This document shows, piece by piece, positions 1 to 13,147 of a stretch of 64,000 nucleotides of DNA; the first letter of the stretch is position 1, and each line of letters opens with the position of its first letter. A program made the position numbers and the translations under genes. Where the stretch lies: the NCBI GenBank assembly GCA_026770705.1, contig JANJGN010000035.1, forward strand, positions 6,448,001 to 6,512,000, written 5' to 3'. The notes beneath the pieces are model-generated. The model was not told where the DNA came from, searched no databases, and saw only the letters and a program-made list of their open reading frames with translations. This stretch comes from Isurus oxyrinchus (taxonomy: Eukaryota).

Positions 1-241
1 AGATTCTTCTTTGTCTTTATGATGGAGATTCGAGACAACTCTATGGGCACCGTTGTCTCTACTTTCACAAACTCGCTTATGAACGATCAGAGCAGCATTT
101 ATGAAAATGTTGAATAAAAGTGTTGATAGACGCCGACTGTTGCTCAATGATTGGTGTACGTGATAGCTTCACGGCTTCCTGCTGGTCTATCCTTGAGAAT
201 TGTAACTGATCATTTGGAGTGCAAATTGGGTAAATTTCCTT
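1..241 (-). pseudogene. Candidate decayed exon of the minus-strand gene (runs off the window)
   Basis: Acceptor-like gtttcag| followed by KEIYPICTPNDQLQFSRIDQQEAVKLSRTPIIEQQSASINTFIQHFHKCCSDRS*, then a shifted coding-like frame. Donor lies outside the window. Confidence 0.35.
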
Positions 242-685
242 CTGAAACTTCATGTGTATCAGTTTGGCTCAAGGAATATATCTAGACACATTTAAAGGGC
301 GTGATGATAGGCAAAATCAAAGGATATTTTTGTACATTTTGCATTGGTATATTGAATTCAGAGCCTAAAAACTGATGACTGATACGTTAACACCTATACA
401 AACACTGAAATGCACAATGTACACCCTTCACTACTCCCACTGTGCCTTTCTGGCAATTACATTGATGGCGGTTGAATGGAAGGAAAAGCAGAATCTCGAT
501 GTCTGCGGCGTACAATTTGCAATTATCTCTCAGCTGGAAAATGTGCTGCAGAAATGTAAAATACTCAGGTGATGACTGAAATAGTTAAACAGTATTATTA
601 GTAACTGTTTATTTAGTTGTGGAAAACAGATTATACATTCTCACACAAAAGAAGAAACAAAACACTGAAGAACTTCAAGCACTTC

Positions 686-860
686 CTTCCACGCTCCTCT
701 AAGTTCAGCAATTCATGCCCGGCAACTAATGGACTATTTTGGTTATTACTGAATGCGTGGTGATTCTCAGATTGGATACCTGATGACAGCATACTTTTTT
801 TGTAATACTCGGGTCTCCGAGTTAGTGCTCCCGTTGCCTCAATCACCAAGTATTGCATCA
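686..860 (-). pseudogene. Candidate exon, phase-1 start
   Basis: Acceptor attttcccaacag|TG. Open frame (V)MQYLVIEATGALTRRPEYYKKSMLSSG...LLNLEERG is in frame with the donor at 1091. The 3' boundary is uncertain (possible damaged donor AG|gaagtg). Confidence 0.45.
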
Positions 861-1090
861 CTGTTGGGAAAATCATTTCACAGAACTGTACAAGAGAAAA
901 GGCCATTCTGTCTATTATCCAACTGTCAAAACTTCTTGAAAGCTGAGAAAATATAAGCCTCCCTTGTCCTTTCCCCATACACCTGAAATTTCCCACGTTT
1001 ATGTGGTTATCCAATTTCCTTTTAACAATAAATAATGGACCATCGTCCCCACAGGACAAAATAAAAATGCGCAAAATAAATCCCACTCAC

Positions 1091-1524
1091 CTTGCTCATC
1101 ACCTGCTTTAAATCTATCGCCTTTATCTAGGTTTTTTAGAGATCCTGCTGCAATTGGCGAACTGTCATTTAAAAGCAGTGATTGAAAGCCGTTTCCAATT
1201 CAGGGATCAGAATACAATATCGGTAAATCTGATGCTGAGCTCGAAGGTGGTAAACAATCCAGTATGGGTTTAGTTTTTTGGTTCATCAAAACCTAGCACT
1301 TTTGCCAAGCTATCATCAGAGGTTACGGCTGGGGCTGGGCGGGGGAGGATCTGCTTGTGATTGGATGAAGGGGATGAAATAAGTTGGAAAGTCTCTCGAT
1401 ACATTCAGATGCAGATACAAATGATGAGTTAATATTCCCATCAGTGGATTCCGTAATACATGCCTTAAATATTTCTAAATGGTTCGCACTTTTGTAAATC
1501 TCAATGCAGAAAATACAATGTTAT
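1091..1524 (-). pseudogene. Decayed exon (434 nt, frameshifted)
   Basis: Acceptor aattttcag|AT and consensus donor CAAG|gtgagt. Ser/Pro-rich pieces (ISSPSSNHKQILPRPAPAVTSDD; LKNLDKGDRFKAGDEQ) are broken by stops and frameshifts. Ends in phase 1. Confidence 0.55.
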
Positions 1525-2234
1525 CTGAAAATTGAGGCATGTCACGGCTATGATCGCGAATTCAAAGCTGATTTCATCCTTTCGGTAAAAGAAAACTTTG
1601 TGTGAGAGACGTTTGTAATAGCTCACTCTTTGTTATGGACACGGTGTTTATATCAGTAAGTCCCAAAACAACTCAACGCCCTCAATGACATCTTGCATTG
1701 CCCACTTAGTTACGTTAGTTAATCAGGTGTGGTGTCATCCGTATGACTATCGTTCCCTTTTCCAGCTCCATCAGGAGACATTCAAACTAAGGGTATAGAG
1801 ATGACTTTCCATAGCTTTTCAGTCAGGCTCTCACATTTAATCATCCTTTCTGGGATTATAAACGGAGATTATATACAGTGGACACAACTTTAATCGTTTA
1901 AAATATTGACTTCAGGACTTCTCAAACATGCTGTCAAGCGACAGTGCATTGTTGAGCCAAAGGAAAAGAACGGGAAAGAAGGGAAATAAGAATTAAATTA
2001 TTGCCATCTGCTCTCCTGCACATTATATGCAATTCGTTAAAAAATTATGCTAAGTATTTACTTCGGGCATTGTAGAGTTTAAGTTTTGAACAAGTTTCCA
2101 TTACAATGATCACAGATTTTGACGCACCTAAACAGTTTAATGCGAATAACTGAACTGAACGTCAATTACTGGCCTTATAATCATGTTTTGGATGCCCAAC
2201 TTGACTAATTTAAATATAAGACGCAATCGCAAAG

Positions 2235-2358
2235 ACTCCCTCACTGATACATGACTGTCTATTACTGATTGATTGTGTGTACTTAAGTCTACGCTCATTG
2301 TAAAGAAACTGGTAGTTTCTGGAATGAAACGGCTCATTAAAGTTCTGAAGAAATCTCA
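2235..2358 (-). pseudogene. Candidate exon, phase-1 start
   Basis: Strong acceptor (pyrimidine tract ending ttattttacag|TG). Open frame (V)RFLQNFNEPFHSRNYQFLYNERRLKYTQSISNRQSCISE. No clear donor, so the end is approximate. Confidence 0.35.
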
Positions 2359-3095
2359 CTGTAAAATAAAAAGATAGGAGTGTGCAATGTCGTTCAAATA
2401 TCAAAGAATATAAAGGTAGATTTTTTTACCATAAGATATTTAGTTCATCTTAAAGTTATTAATGATCAGGCATGATCACTTTCAAACTACTTTAAGGGAA
2501 TAGTGCCCGAAGAGGCATTATATAATGAATAGAATCATATTTCATGTTTAGATTTTGCTCCAAATGTTGGAAGTTCTAGTGTAGATATTTCCACGTTGTA
2601 TGAAGCATATTGCGTGCTTGTGTGGGCGTGGGCTTCTGTATATGCTTTGGTAATCTATGTGAATGTTTCCATCATTGCAGGTTGAAATCTAACCATCTCA
2701 CAGATGAGTGTTCGGGAATTCTGGTCTGCGCCGTCAGTGAAAAGAGTTCACTAACGGAGCTGAACCAGAGTAACGATGATCAGATTAGCGGAAAGCCAAT
2801 AAGCGGACTGTTCCATCTGTTCGTGCATTGCTGCGTTGTATAAAGACCAACGCGAATCTAAAGAAAAACAGGTCTGTTCCTTTGTTACTTAATTATATAT
2901 TATATTATCTTTCAAGAAATCATAGACTATAAGTATATCCGTTATTATGGATCTGTTGTGGAAAACAATGCATTATTAGAGCAGAATTGTTCTACTTCAC
3001 AAGGGTAAACGCATTTGTTGTGAATCAATTAGATTTTACGGCCTCCACACAGAACAGAGAATTTTTTAAAGAAAAACGTGTTGCGTGTTCCCCAC

Positions 3096-3374
3096 CTTAT
3101 TCTTCGGTTGTTGCAAAATCAGCTCTGTGCAGAAGGGCAAAAAAATCTGATGTCGACCCAGCTTGATTGTAGTTAAATAATGAAGGATTGTTTGGGGTGT
3201 TTCATATAATTTTGGTGCATATTGACGTCCTATAATCAGCGAAAGCAGACACGTTCGCTGATATTGACAGTCGAAAAGGCACTTGCTGTGATCACAGATT
3301 CGCTGCAAACCGGAAACTGTGGTTTTCTTCATAAGACTGCAGAGCCGCGCTTTAAAGGAATATGAATCATTTCT
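3096..3374 (-). pseudogene. Candidate open exon (279 nt, phase 0-0)
   Basis: Acceptor ttttcccaaattcacag|AGA and weak donor AAG|gtgggg. 93 codons without a stop (inside ORF 3066..3398). Confidence 0.4.
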
Positions 3375-3719
3375 CTGTGAATTTGGGAAAATTGACAAAA
3401 ACTGGCATAGACATTTACGTGTTTTGTCTTGCTGCTTATATAAACAGGTTTAAAACAGACGGGGAACTGATCGGCTAATTAAATTTATAATGCAGCTCCA
3501 AATTTTGCAACAGAGTGAGTGGTTTGATCTTTCAGACTGTATCACATTTTTTTTGAATCAAATGATTGGAGATATTGATTGCATGCCCTCATTAAACGGT
3601 GTATGTTTGTTGCACGGTGCATTGAATTTTGCAGTTTCTCCCAATTTAATAAATCAGTAGTACCGAATAATTTAACAAAAAGGACGAAGAGTAACATGGT
3701 TACCTGAAATGAACAAATT

Positions 3720-4340
3720 AGAGCAAAAATGAGCCATGTGCCCCCCGGAACCCATTGTGCCATGCAATAAGATCTTGGTTGATATGTTTATGGTTTGTGT
3801 CCACATTCGCATCTGCTACGCGCCAACCACCAGCACCCCCCATCCCGCCACCACCACCACCCACCACGCAACACTCCAGATTATCTGTAATTACTTGCCT
3901 ACCAAGAATCTATCTATCTGTGCCTTAAAAATATTTAATGACTTCGCTTCTACCGTCTCCTGAGGCACAGAGTGCAAAAACAAACCTTCCTCAATTCTAT
4001 CCAAAAGAGCGCCCCCTACCTTTAAAGCAGTATTCCTAGTTCTGGATTGCCCCACAAGATGAAAGATTTTTCACATCCACCTTGGCAAAACAATTCAGAA
4101 TATTATATTGTGCACTCATGTCACCACTCACTCTGCAAAACTCCAGTGGAAAAAAGCACAACATGTCGAACCGTTCTGCATAAGATAACCCAAACATTCC
4201 AGTTATCAATCTGATAAAACTCCACTGAACTGCCTTCAACTCATTCACATCCTTCCTTGAAGAAGGAAACCAAAAATTGCACATTTCATTCGAGATGCCA
4301 TCTCAATAAATCCCTGCATAAGTGAAGCATTAATATTTCT
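3720..4340 (-). mobile_element. CR1 LINE 3' portion (ORF2 C-terminus and 3' UTR), degraded
   Basis: ORF 4036..4284 (FWFPSSRKDVNELKAVQWSFIRLITGMFGLSYAERF) resembles the CR1 ORF2 C-terminal motif FWSP..RKD...LE.VQRRFTR.IPG..GLSYEERL. Confidence 0.85.
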
Positions 4341-4344
4341 CTCT

Positions 4345-5790
4345 ATTCATTCACAGGATGTGCCTTAGTAATTTTGGCCACCATTTATTTCCCATTCTTG
4401 TTGCTTTTGAGAAGGTATTGGTGAGAAGCCATTTTGAACCGCTGCCTTTCCTGTGGTGTAGATGCACCCACATTGCTGTCAGGAAGTGAGTTACTGCATT
4501 TTGATCCAACAACAGTGAATGAGCGGTGATATATTTTCAAGTCAGGATGTTAAGTGACTTGAAGTGGAACTTCCAAGTGATGGTGTTCACATATATCTGC
4601 TGCTCATGTCCTTCTAAATGATAGTTGTTGTGGGGTTCGAAGTTGTTGTCCAAGGAGCCTTTGTCAAATTCTGCAGTGCATCTTATAGATTATGTCCACT
4701 GCTGCTACTGACAATCGGTGGTGGAGGGAGTGAATATTTGTGGATGTTGTGCCAGTCAAGCGAGCTGCTTTGTCCTGGACGTTGTCAAGCGGGCTGTTTT
4801 GTCCTGGACGTTGTCAAGCTCCTTGATTGTTGTGGTAGCTGCACTCATCCAGGCAAATGGGTAGTATTTCAGCACACTCCATATTTGTTAGTTGTAGACG
4901 CTGGACAGGGTTTGGGGAGCCAGCAGGTGAGTGACTCACGCAGGAATCTTAACCTGCTTTTTACCTTTGAAGCTGCCATATTTATAGGGCTAGTCTAGCT
5001 CGGCTTCTGTTCAATTATAAATTCCAGGATGTTTATAGTCGGGGCTACAGCGATGATAAAGGCATTGAACGTCAAGGCACTGGTAAGAGTCTGTCTTGTT
5101 GAAGATTTTCATTGCCTCGCAATTATGTTGCTCCAATGTTACTTGCCACGTTTCATCCTAAGACAGGATGTTCTGCAGGACATGCTGTATTTGGATATCA
5201 ACTGCTTCAGCATCTCAGGAGTCTCGAATACTTCTGACAAATGTGCAATCATCAGTGAACATCCCCACTTCAGACCTTATGACAGAAGAAAGGCCATTGA
5301 TGAAAGAGCTGAAGATGTTTGTGCTGAGGAAACGACCCTGAGGAACTCCTGCAGTGATGTCCTGGAGCTCAGAATAGTGACCTGCAGCAGCCACAATAAT
5401 CTTCCTTTGTGCTAGGTATGACTCCAACCAATGGATATTTTTCTCTCTGATTCTCCTTGCCTCTAGTGTTTTTAGATTCCGTGATGCCACATTCGGTCAA
5501 ATGCAACCTGGATGTCAAGGCCATTCACTCTGACCTAACCTCTGGAATTCAGCTCTTTTGTTTATGTTTGGGCCAAGGCTGTAATGAGGTCAGGGACTGA
5601 ATGGCTCTGCTGGAACACAATTTAGGCGTCAGTGAGTAGATTATTGATAAGGATGTGCCGTTTGATCGCACCATTGATGACACCTTCTCTGATGATCGAG
5701 AGTACACTGATGGGGACTTGTTGGATTTGTCCTGCTTTTCCGTGGACAGGGCATGCCTCGGAAATGTTCCACATTGTCACGTGGGTGCCG
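4345..5790 (-). mobile_element. CR1/L2-clade LINE fragment nested in the CR1
   Basis: RT motifs WLESYLAQRK, ITAGVPQG and EVGMFTDDCT in ORF 5215..5490. Same family as 8700-10207. Confidence 0.85.
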
Positions 5791-5794
5791 ATAA

Positions 5795-6590
5795 AAGTTA
5801 TACTTTTATATTCAATTGCTCTTGCAATGAAGAACAGCATTCCGTTAGACTTTTTGATTACATGGCCGATCTGCAAACAAATTGTTTATGACTCGTGCAC
5901 CAGAATATTTCAATTGCGCTGTACGTCGGAATTCTGCAGTCATTCCTCTTTTAAGTAATGCACTTTTTTTTGTTCTTCTTTCCAAAGTGAACAGCTCCAC
6001 ATTTCCCTGCACGTCACGCCATCTGTTTGATTTTTGCCCAATCATGCAACTTATCCATAGTCATTTGCAAAGTACTTGTGTCTTCTTCAAAACACGCTTT
6101 CCTACATATATTTGTGTCGTCTGCAAATTTTGCGATCATTCCTTCGCTACCCTCATCTAAGTCATCGATATAAATTGCAAAAAGTTTAGCCCCCAGCACT
6201 GACACTTACGGAACACCACTCGTCATATACTGGCAATCAGTATACTCTTTGTTTTCTGGCAACCAGCAAGTCTTCTAACTAGGCTAATACTTGAACTAGT
6301 AGAGCATGATCTTTTATTTTCTGCACTAACGTTTGATGTGGAAAATGATCAAATGCCATCTTGAAATGCAAGTACAGTATACCTGCAGGCTCCCTTCTAC
6401 CTACCGCATGTTCTACTTCTACAATTAAATCTAATAAATTGTTTTAACCTTTATTTCCCTTGCTTAAAAGCATGCGGTATCTTCCTTAATACTTTGATTT
6501 TTTGTAAGTGCCCAGCTATAACCTCTTTAATGATTGACTCTCACACCTTTCTTATGACATAGCTTAAGTTAACTGGTCTATTGTTTCCTG
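5795..6590 (-). mobile_element. CR1 LINE RT region (upstream part of the 3720-4340 element)
   Basis: SVLGAKLFAIYIDDLDEGSEGMIAKFADDT (6014..6205) and IKKSNGMLFFIARAIEYKS (5622..5876). Confidence 0.85.
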
Positions 6591-7369
6591 AAATGAAAGC
6601 GCAGAGGAAAAAATGCATTGAAGTCAGCATCCAAAAAGACAAAAGGCACATTAACAGGCCTGCCTCTCTCCGAATCTTTTCACTTCCTGCAAGTTCGAAC
6701 AAAAATTACATGATACGGATTTTTTGTGATTAAGGAAAGTAATTGCATATTTCATAAGGCATATTAACAACTTACGTGCAGAGGTCAAAGTGGCTGAGGG
6801 GGTGGGGGCCAGCGGAAAGTCCTGAATATTGGCTGAAAGCTCAATTTTTTGAAGAAGAGTTTAAGCAAAAGAAATGATCAATGGACGGAATGTGAGAGAA
6901 TGCGCATATAAACCGACGGCATATCCCCCTTTTATTGGGCCAAGAATGCAGAGCGCAAAATTCTGGAGCCAGATGAATTAAGGCACGGTTTATGGCCGTG
7001 TTATGGGCCAGAAGGTAACGAAATAAATTGGGGAGAGTTTATTCAGGGTTTTATAAGTTATCATGAGAATGTGAATTCAAATTGAATACATGAAGAAGCA
7101 ATGTACTTCGGAAAAGACATGGATGATGGTCAATCAGTGATGAGTGAATGCATTTAACACAGAACAGTGTGCGGAAACAAAAGGTTTGACTTGGAAACCC
7201 CGGGCCTTTTTTGGTACTCTGTACACATTCCTTTCTTTTTCTCCTAAGATTTGAAAATGAAAACAATTGAATACAGAGTGTCATGCGACACAGTTAGATT
7301 TTATTTTAACGAGGTATCTCATGTTCCAAAAACGTCAGAGGCATGGACAGTCTATAGCATAATGCCTCA

Positions 7370-7620
7370 AATGTAACCTGGAGTACTGTGAACAGTTCGG
7401 AAGGACACGTTGGTTTGGAGGGGAAGCAACACTTTAAGAATTAAAAATCGAAAACATGTCTTGAACACACGCATAGTTCTGTTACTTCATCCCTTTATAA
7501 TAAATAAAAATTGAGTTTGACAGTGATATAGAGATAGTTTGCACATCAACCAAGAGCTCATTGAATGGGGGAACAGGATCGAAGGACTTAATGACCTTTT
7601 CCTGCTCTTCTGTTCTTAGA
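7370..7620 (+). mobile_element. Old CR1 3' end remnant
   Basis: ctggagtactgtgaacagtt and tail attgaatgggggaacaggatcgaaggacttaatgaccttttcctgctc resemble CR1 3' ends as I recall them. Confidence 0.5.
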
Positions 7621-7799
7621 ATTATTTCAGATCTAGCATATATCACATTTATTTGCCTAATAAGTTACATGATATATGCACCCGACACAAAAAATCATTC
7701 ACTGGTTACATGCCACAACGACAATAAGTTGACCAGCTGATGTATTTTATTTTGGCTTGTATTTGACGAACTCAAATGTGCCAATGGCTGAGACTTTAA

Positions 7800-8073
7800 T
7801 CACCATTTAGCGTAGGATGGAAACCGCAACTCTTTGTTAGGACGACGCTAGATCCAGGCACTGAAGGCCTGTCCTTCCCCATGTTTCTCGGGTATTCTCG
7901 GCTTCTGAACAAAAAGCCACAAAGGCTCGCGTCTGACGGGATTTCCCTGATTTTGTCAGCTGAATGTCATGATCTTGAGCTGATCCCAATGGCGGTATTC
8001 TTCTTCAAGCCAGGGGACCACTGTATTGACTAGCAGCTACACGTTTTCAGAGCCGTCTTCGGTCACTTATTCC
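7800..8073 (-). pseudogene. Candidate decayed exon
   Basis: Very strong acceptor tttttcattctctccttctcccgccag|G followed by a GC-richer coding-like frame with two TGA stops. Donor not resolved. Confidence 0.35.
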
Positions 8074-8699
8074 CTGGCGGGAGAAGGAGAGAATGAAAAA
8101 AACTGGCCCTGGGAAACTGCAAAGGATTATCGAGATGATGTTCAGAAAATGGTTACGGGATGTAAGGGGTAAAATGCAATGTTACATGAAGCTCACTTAA
8201 TATACTATAATAGCATATAATAAATGTATATATAGCATCAGAAACAAAAAAATAAAGAAATGCAATAAAGCCAAGTTATTAAAACTGCAAATCGGCAGAA
8301 ACTAAAATATATTGAGTGTAGCTGAAAAGTCTGGACAAGAAAATAAATGTCAGTGGTTTGAAATAAAATGGAAGTGAAAAAAGTATCAAACTTCTGAAAA
8401 AATTATTATATATATACACATATATAATGATATATTGCGTCTTCAAGGGGCGTGCTCAATCTCCTAATGTCTTTGAGTGTTTCAAGGGGAATGAAACACT
8501 TTTGCCCGTCCGCCATGTTATGCAATGCCAAGTAGTGTAATTTATTTCCCCAAGAACTACCTCAAATGTAGAGGCACTTAACTCGCACAGCAGGCTTTAC
8601 AGTGCATCGCACTCCTTCAAACAGAACTAAATTGCCTCCTAATGACGTGATTGAGATTGTGAACTAACAATTTACGTTCGCAGAACTAGGTGTATATAA

Positions 8700-10207
8700 G
8701 ACAATATGCCACAGTACTCTGGATATCGACTTAGTAGGGGAATACTAACCTCCTGCAGTCACAGGCCTGTTCCAGCATAGCTACAACACTGACATCTACC
8801 CAGCAATGTGGAAACGTGCCCAGTATGTCCTGTACTCAAAAAAACAGGAGATATGCAACTCTGAAAATTACCATCCCATCAATGTAATGTTGGTCATCAA
8901 TAAATTATTGGAAAGGGTGTTCAACAGTGCTGTCAAGCAGCTCTTGTTTAGCAATAACCATCTCACTGATGCCCAGCTTGGTTTGCGTCAGTGTAACTCA
9001 GCTGCTGACCTCACTACAGACTTGACTGAAACATGGACAATCGAACTGAATGCCAGCAGTGAGGTGAGTCTTTCTGTTTGTTTCCATGGCCGCATTAGAA
9101 GCACCGTGATATCAAGGAGTCCCAGCAAAACTTGAGTCAATGGAAATCAGGGGAAAAATCTCCACTGGATGGGGTCATACTTAAAACAACGGAAGATGGC
9201 TATGATTGTGGGAGGTCAGTCATCTCAGTTCCAGGACATCACTGCAGGGCTTACTCAGGGTAATGGTCTCGGCACAACCATCTTCGGCTGCTTCAAGAAT
9301 GTCCTCCCTTGCATCTTAACGTCAGATGTTGGTATGTTTGTTGAAGATTGCAGAATGTTCAGCACCATTGGTCATGCTCACATACAGAAGCAGTCCATGT
9401 CCAAATGCAACAGGAACTGTACAATACCCAAGTTTGGGCTGACAAGTGGCAAGTAACATTTCCGCCAGGCAATGACCATCCAAAATAAGAGAGAAAATAA
9501 TCATGGCCCCTTGGCCATCTATGGTACTACCGTCACTGAAATTCCCACTGTTAACATCCTATGAAGTGTAACTTCAGATGGGCTCGCCATATAAATACTT
9601 TGGCTACAACATTAGGTATGATGCCAGGAATCCTGCGACGGGTAACTCACCTGATGGCACCCCGAATCATATCCATCATCTGCAAGGTACACATCAGCAG
9701 TGTTTTGGAATGCTCCCCGCTTGCCTGGATGAGTGCAGCTCCCAAACTACTCAAGAAGCTTGGCAACATCGAGGAAAAAGCCCCCCGCATTATTTGCACC
9801 ATATCCTCAAACGTTCACCCCCTCCACCACCAACGTACAGTCGCAACAGTGTGTAGCATCTAAAAATGCACTGCACACATTCAGCAAGGCACGTTAACCA
9901 AAGCTTGGAAACATATGATCACTACCATCTTGGAAGACATGGTATCAGATAGATGGCAACACCACATCAGTAAGTTCCCCCCCGAAGTCACGCACCATCA
10001 AGACTTGAAATATGTTTGCCATTCCTTCTCTGGATCAAAATGCTCGAACTCTCTTCTAAACAGCTCTTTGGGTGCACCTACACCACATAGGCTGCGGCAG
10101 CTCAGGAAGACAGCTCACTACCAACTCTTAAAGGGAAACTACGGATGGAAAATATATGTTGGCCCAGCCAGCGAAGCCCACATCACGTGAATGATTAAAA
10201 AAAAAAC
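8700..10207 (+). mobile_element. CR1/L2-clade LINE, 5'-truncated, with A-rich tail
   Basis: RT pieces NYHPINVM, AQLGLRQ, DITAGLTQG, VGMFVEDC and VLECSPLAWMSA in ORFs 8806-9863. Ends cacatcacgtgaatgatt plus an A run. Confidence 0.88.
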
Positions 10208-10554
10208 ATGGACTGCACTTACTGTGAACATTCGGATGTAAGATAGCTTTTGTAGCTTATATTATCATTACAAATTTATATATTTGTCAATGTATATCTG
10301 TGGGTGAAGGAGTATTGACATATTCATCCCTTCGTGTGTAAAACCTGTTTTATGTTTTTGTTAGAAGTTCATCAGTTGACTCCAGTGACTCTGTTCAGTA
10401 GTCCCTCTCCAAGTATTGAAACAAGCAAATAATTGTTACGGTCGCTCATGCTGGCCCTCCACCCTGAGATCAGGTTGGTATCAGCTGAGGATGAGGACTA
10501 TTGGTATTGAAAGCCCTATTTTCAGGGCCCTGCTTAAATAATTGCAGCCGAGGA

Positions 10555-10860
10555 GGCATTAGCGTGGTCGTATTGTGCAGGGCTCCTAATCAGGGGAATT
10601 TTTTGGGAGATGACGTTCGAATCTCGCCACAGCATTCGGTGGAATTTGAATCTAGTTAAACATATGTAGTTAGAAGTCTAATGGTGATTGTTGTGAAAAC
10701 CCATCTGGTTCAGTAATTCACTTACCAGAAGGTTTTCACGTGACTCCATACCCACAGCAACATGGTTGACTCCTAAATACCCTCTTATCAAGGGAGACAA
10801 AGAGATAGGCATTACATGCTGACCAGCCCACGCCCAGATCTCGTGAAGAAAAAAAAAAAA
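10555..10860 (+). mobile_element. Degraded tRNA-type SINE sharing its 3' tail with the adjacent LINE family
   Basis: B-box-like gttcgaatct, core aaaacccatctggttca...gtgactcca.acccacagcaa, and tail acgcccagatctcgtgaag plus poly(A). Confidence 0.65.
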
Positions 10861-11511
10861 CAGCCAAGCCTAGCTTTGGTGAAGAACAACACAAAATATA
10901 TGGTTTGTTTCAAATTGTTGAATGTTTGACTAACCTAATTGGAATTTATGAGGAATTATGTAATGTCGATTAAGTACTTTTGCATTTCGTATGGAGATTT
11001 ACATAAAATAAAATACATAATCAACCTTCCCAAGCTTGATCCTTGTATTTTTTTTTAAATAGAGGAATTAATCTTGATGGTAAGGTGTATGTCTTTAGGT
11101 GTACGTTATTGCTAGAAAAAAAAAACAGCGACAGTAACATCGAGAATTTTTAATGCACATAAATTAGCTGCATTCCAAAGTGTAATACAATCTAAACAAA
11201 ATCGAAAATCGTATTAAGTTAGCAGATATAATGAACATAGGCGAGGGAGCCATTGCCCAAAAGAATGAGTATGTAGCATGCCCAGTTGAATCGAATCATG
11301 AAACTTGAGATTCTGTTGAAAACTTAGAAGTATCTCAGGCTGATTGCGGGGGAGAAAGGCTAAACGTTCTTATTGTCAAAAGGTTCAACATAGCCCCAGA
11401 ATAATAATGCAGCCAACGATAGTGTCGAATTGCAAATATTACATTTCAGAGACCTACATTGCGAGTATTTTCTTGTCGCACTATAATAGTGTACAAATTG
11501 TCAACATATAT

Positions 11512-11609
11512 CAAGTTCTGTCGAAGGGTCATGAAGACTCGAAACGTCAACTCTTTTCTTCTCCGCCGATGCTGCCAGACCTGCTGAGTTTTTCCAGGTA
11601 ATTCTGTTT
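11512..11609 (+). mobile_element. Short Penelope-like terminal fragment with target-site duplication
   Basis: Same sequence family as the terminus of the GIY-YIG element at 23933. Flanked by the direct repeat ttgtcaacatatat (11498-11511 and 11610-11623). Confidence 0.85.
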
Positions 11610-11645
11610 TTGTCAACATATATGTTGCTCATGGAGCTACATTAC

Positions 11646-11822
11646 CAAACAATCGATGCTTCCCGGGTAAAACTTGGTGTATTAACCATCGGCAAATCTA
11701 GAAGCAGATATTAGATACTTTTTCGTATACATGGTACGAATGCTAAGGTTGCATAGTTGACGCTGAATCGCATGTTGCCCAGAGCACGTTTTTGCCGCCG
11801 AAGGGGATGGAATCCATACAAA
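11646..11822 (-). pseudogene. Symmetric phase 1-1 exon (177 nt) with two TAG stops
   Basis: attatag|TT...TTTG|gtaatg. Translation CMDSIPFGGKNVLWATCDSASTMQP*HSYHVYEKVSNICF*ICRWLIHQVLPGKHRLF. Confidence 0.55.
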
Positions 11823-12567
11823 CTATAATATATATATATACCAAAAAGCGCGACCAAGAGAAATACAAGTATCAGAGTTATCTGGGAAAATTCCAGCAAA
11901 TCATTTATTGCACCGCTGAAAGGAAATCTGATGACCTGTTCACCCACAGTTCAATGTTGCCTACGTTTGCTGATGGATATTAGCTGCCTGCTAACAGCGT
12001 TCAAATTTTAATATTTGTTTTCTTTTCAGAGGCTTTGAAACGTATATCATTGTATCATCCTACAACGCGACAACCCTCCAAGGACACCACTTTCTCAAAT
12101 CTTCGACCTCCTGTCCATTACAGGTACCTTCGATCTATCGGTAGGAGGCGCACTTTCAGCGACTAATCCTTAAAATCTGGCAGTACGATCGAAGCCTTTT
12201 CACTTCCCCTCACAACTATTTACCCGTCTTAGTTCACTGCTTGAAACATACCAGTTTGAGCAAACAATTTGCCACTTGTTGCATTTCTAAATGTTATTTG
12301 GCCCACTGCCAAATTATTTATCTATCATTCTACTGTGTAGCTGTTTGGCACGTTAATGACTATAGAAACGCGAACTGATCGATAAAATAAACAATTTCAG
12401 CGGATCCCAACATTTCGGAAATAAATTGCATTGGCGTTATGAATTTGAAAATATTTCTCGCTTCAGTTTGAATTACTTAAATTAATGGATTCGTTGGAGC
12501 GCAAGTACCTTAGTTTGCCTTCAAGCAATTAAGCGTTTAATAAGGAACACCAGATGAAGACGCTCAC

Positions 12568-12675
12568 CAAATTCTTTGATTGCGTATTCCAATCTCTTCT
12601 GGTAGTTTTTTATGATATTATTGAGTTCATTGTCTCTGATAACTGACAAACCATATTTCATGTTTGCCTCCGCCT
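12568..12675 (-). pseudogene. Intact symmetric phase 1-1 exon (108 nt)
   Basis: ctcatttttag|AG...GAATTTG|gtgagc. Translation (E)AEANMKYGLSVIRDNELNNIIKNYQKRLEYAIKEF, no stop. Confidence 0.65.
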
Positions 12676-13147
12676 CTAAAAATGAGCGATAGAGGCGAAA
12701 ATGAAACATTATATTAAAATGAACATCTTATAAATATTTCCTAATGCTATGTCATTGAATTACATTTTTAAAACTTTGCATTCAGTTCCTTGGTTACACT
12801 GATGCAATGGTATTTCTAACTTTTCAATTCCAGCCGATGCTTCCCTGATAATGAAACGGTTAAACTCGATGAAATTCTCAATTTAATTGTAACTTTGAAA
12901 TGGTTCGCGGAAATAAGTGCTCAATATTTTGCACTTTGTACATTGTCAGATATATCATCTGAATATTTTGTTAATGAACCCTTTTTTTCGGAATGTGTGA
13001 TTTACAAGGTCGAGGAATGGTTAATGGAAGGGCCATCAGGTCAAAGAGATAGATGCCACTGACTCGTATTTTCATAAACGCGACGTTAACCTGGTCTAAT
13101 AGTGATTTTAAATGAGAAAAAAAAACAGAGGCCTAAAAATAATTTAC

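Noticed and set aside
631-1086. 151-aa ORF as a single-exon gene
   Set aside because: Its first half runs through a predicted intron (861-1090) that contains CR1-tail-like sequence; only the part after the acceptor at 860 looks exonic.
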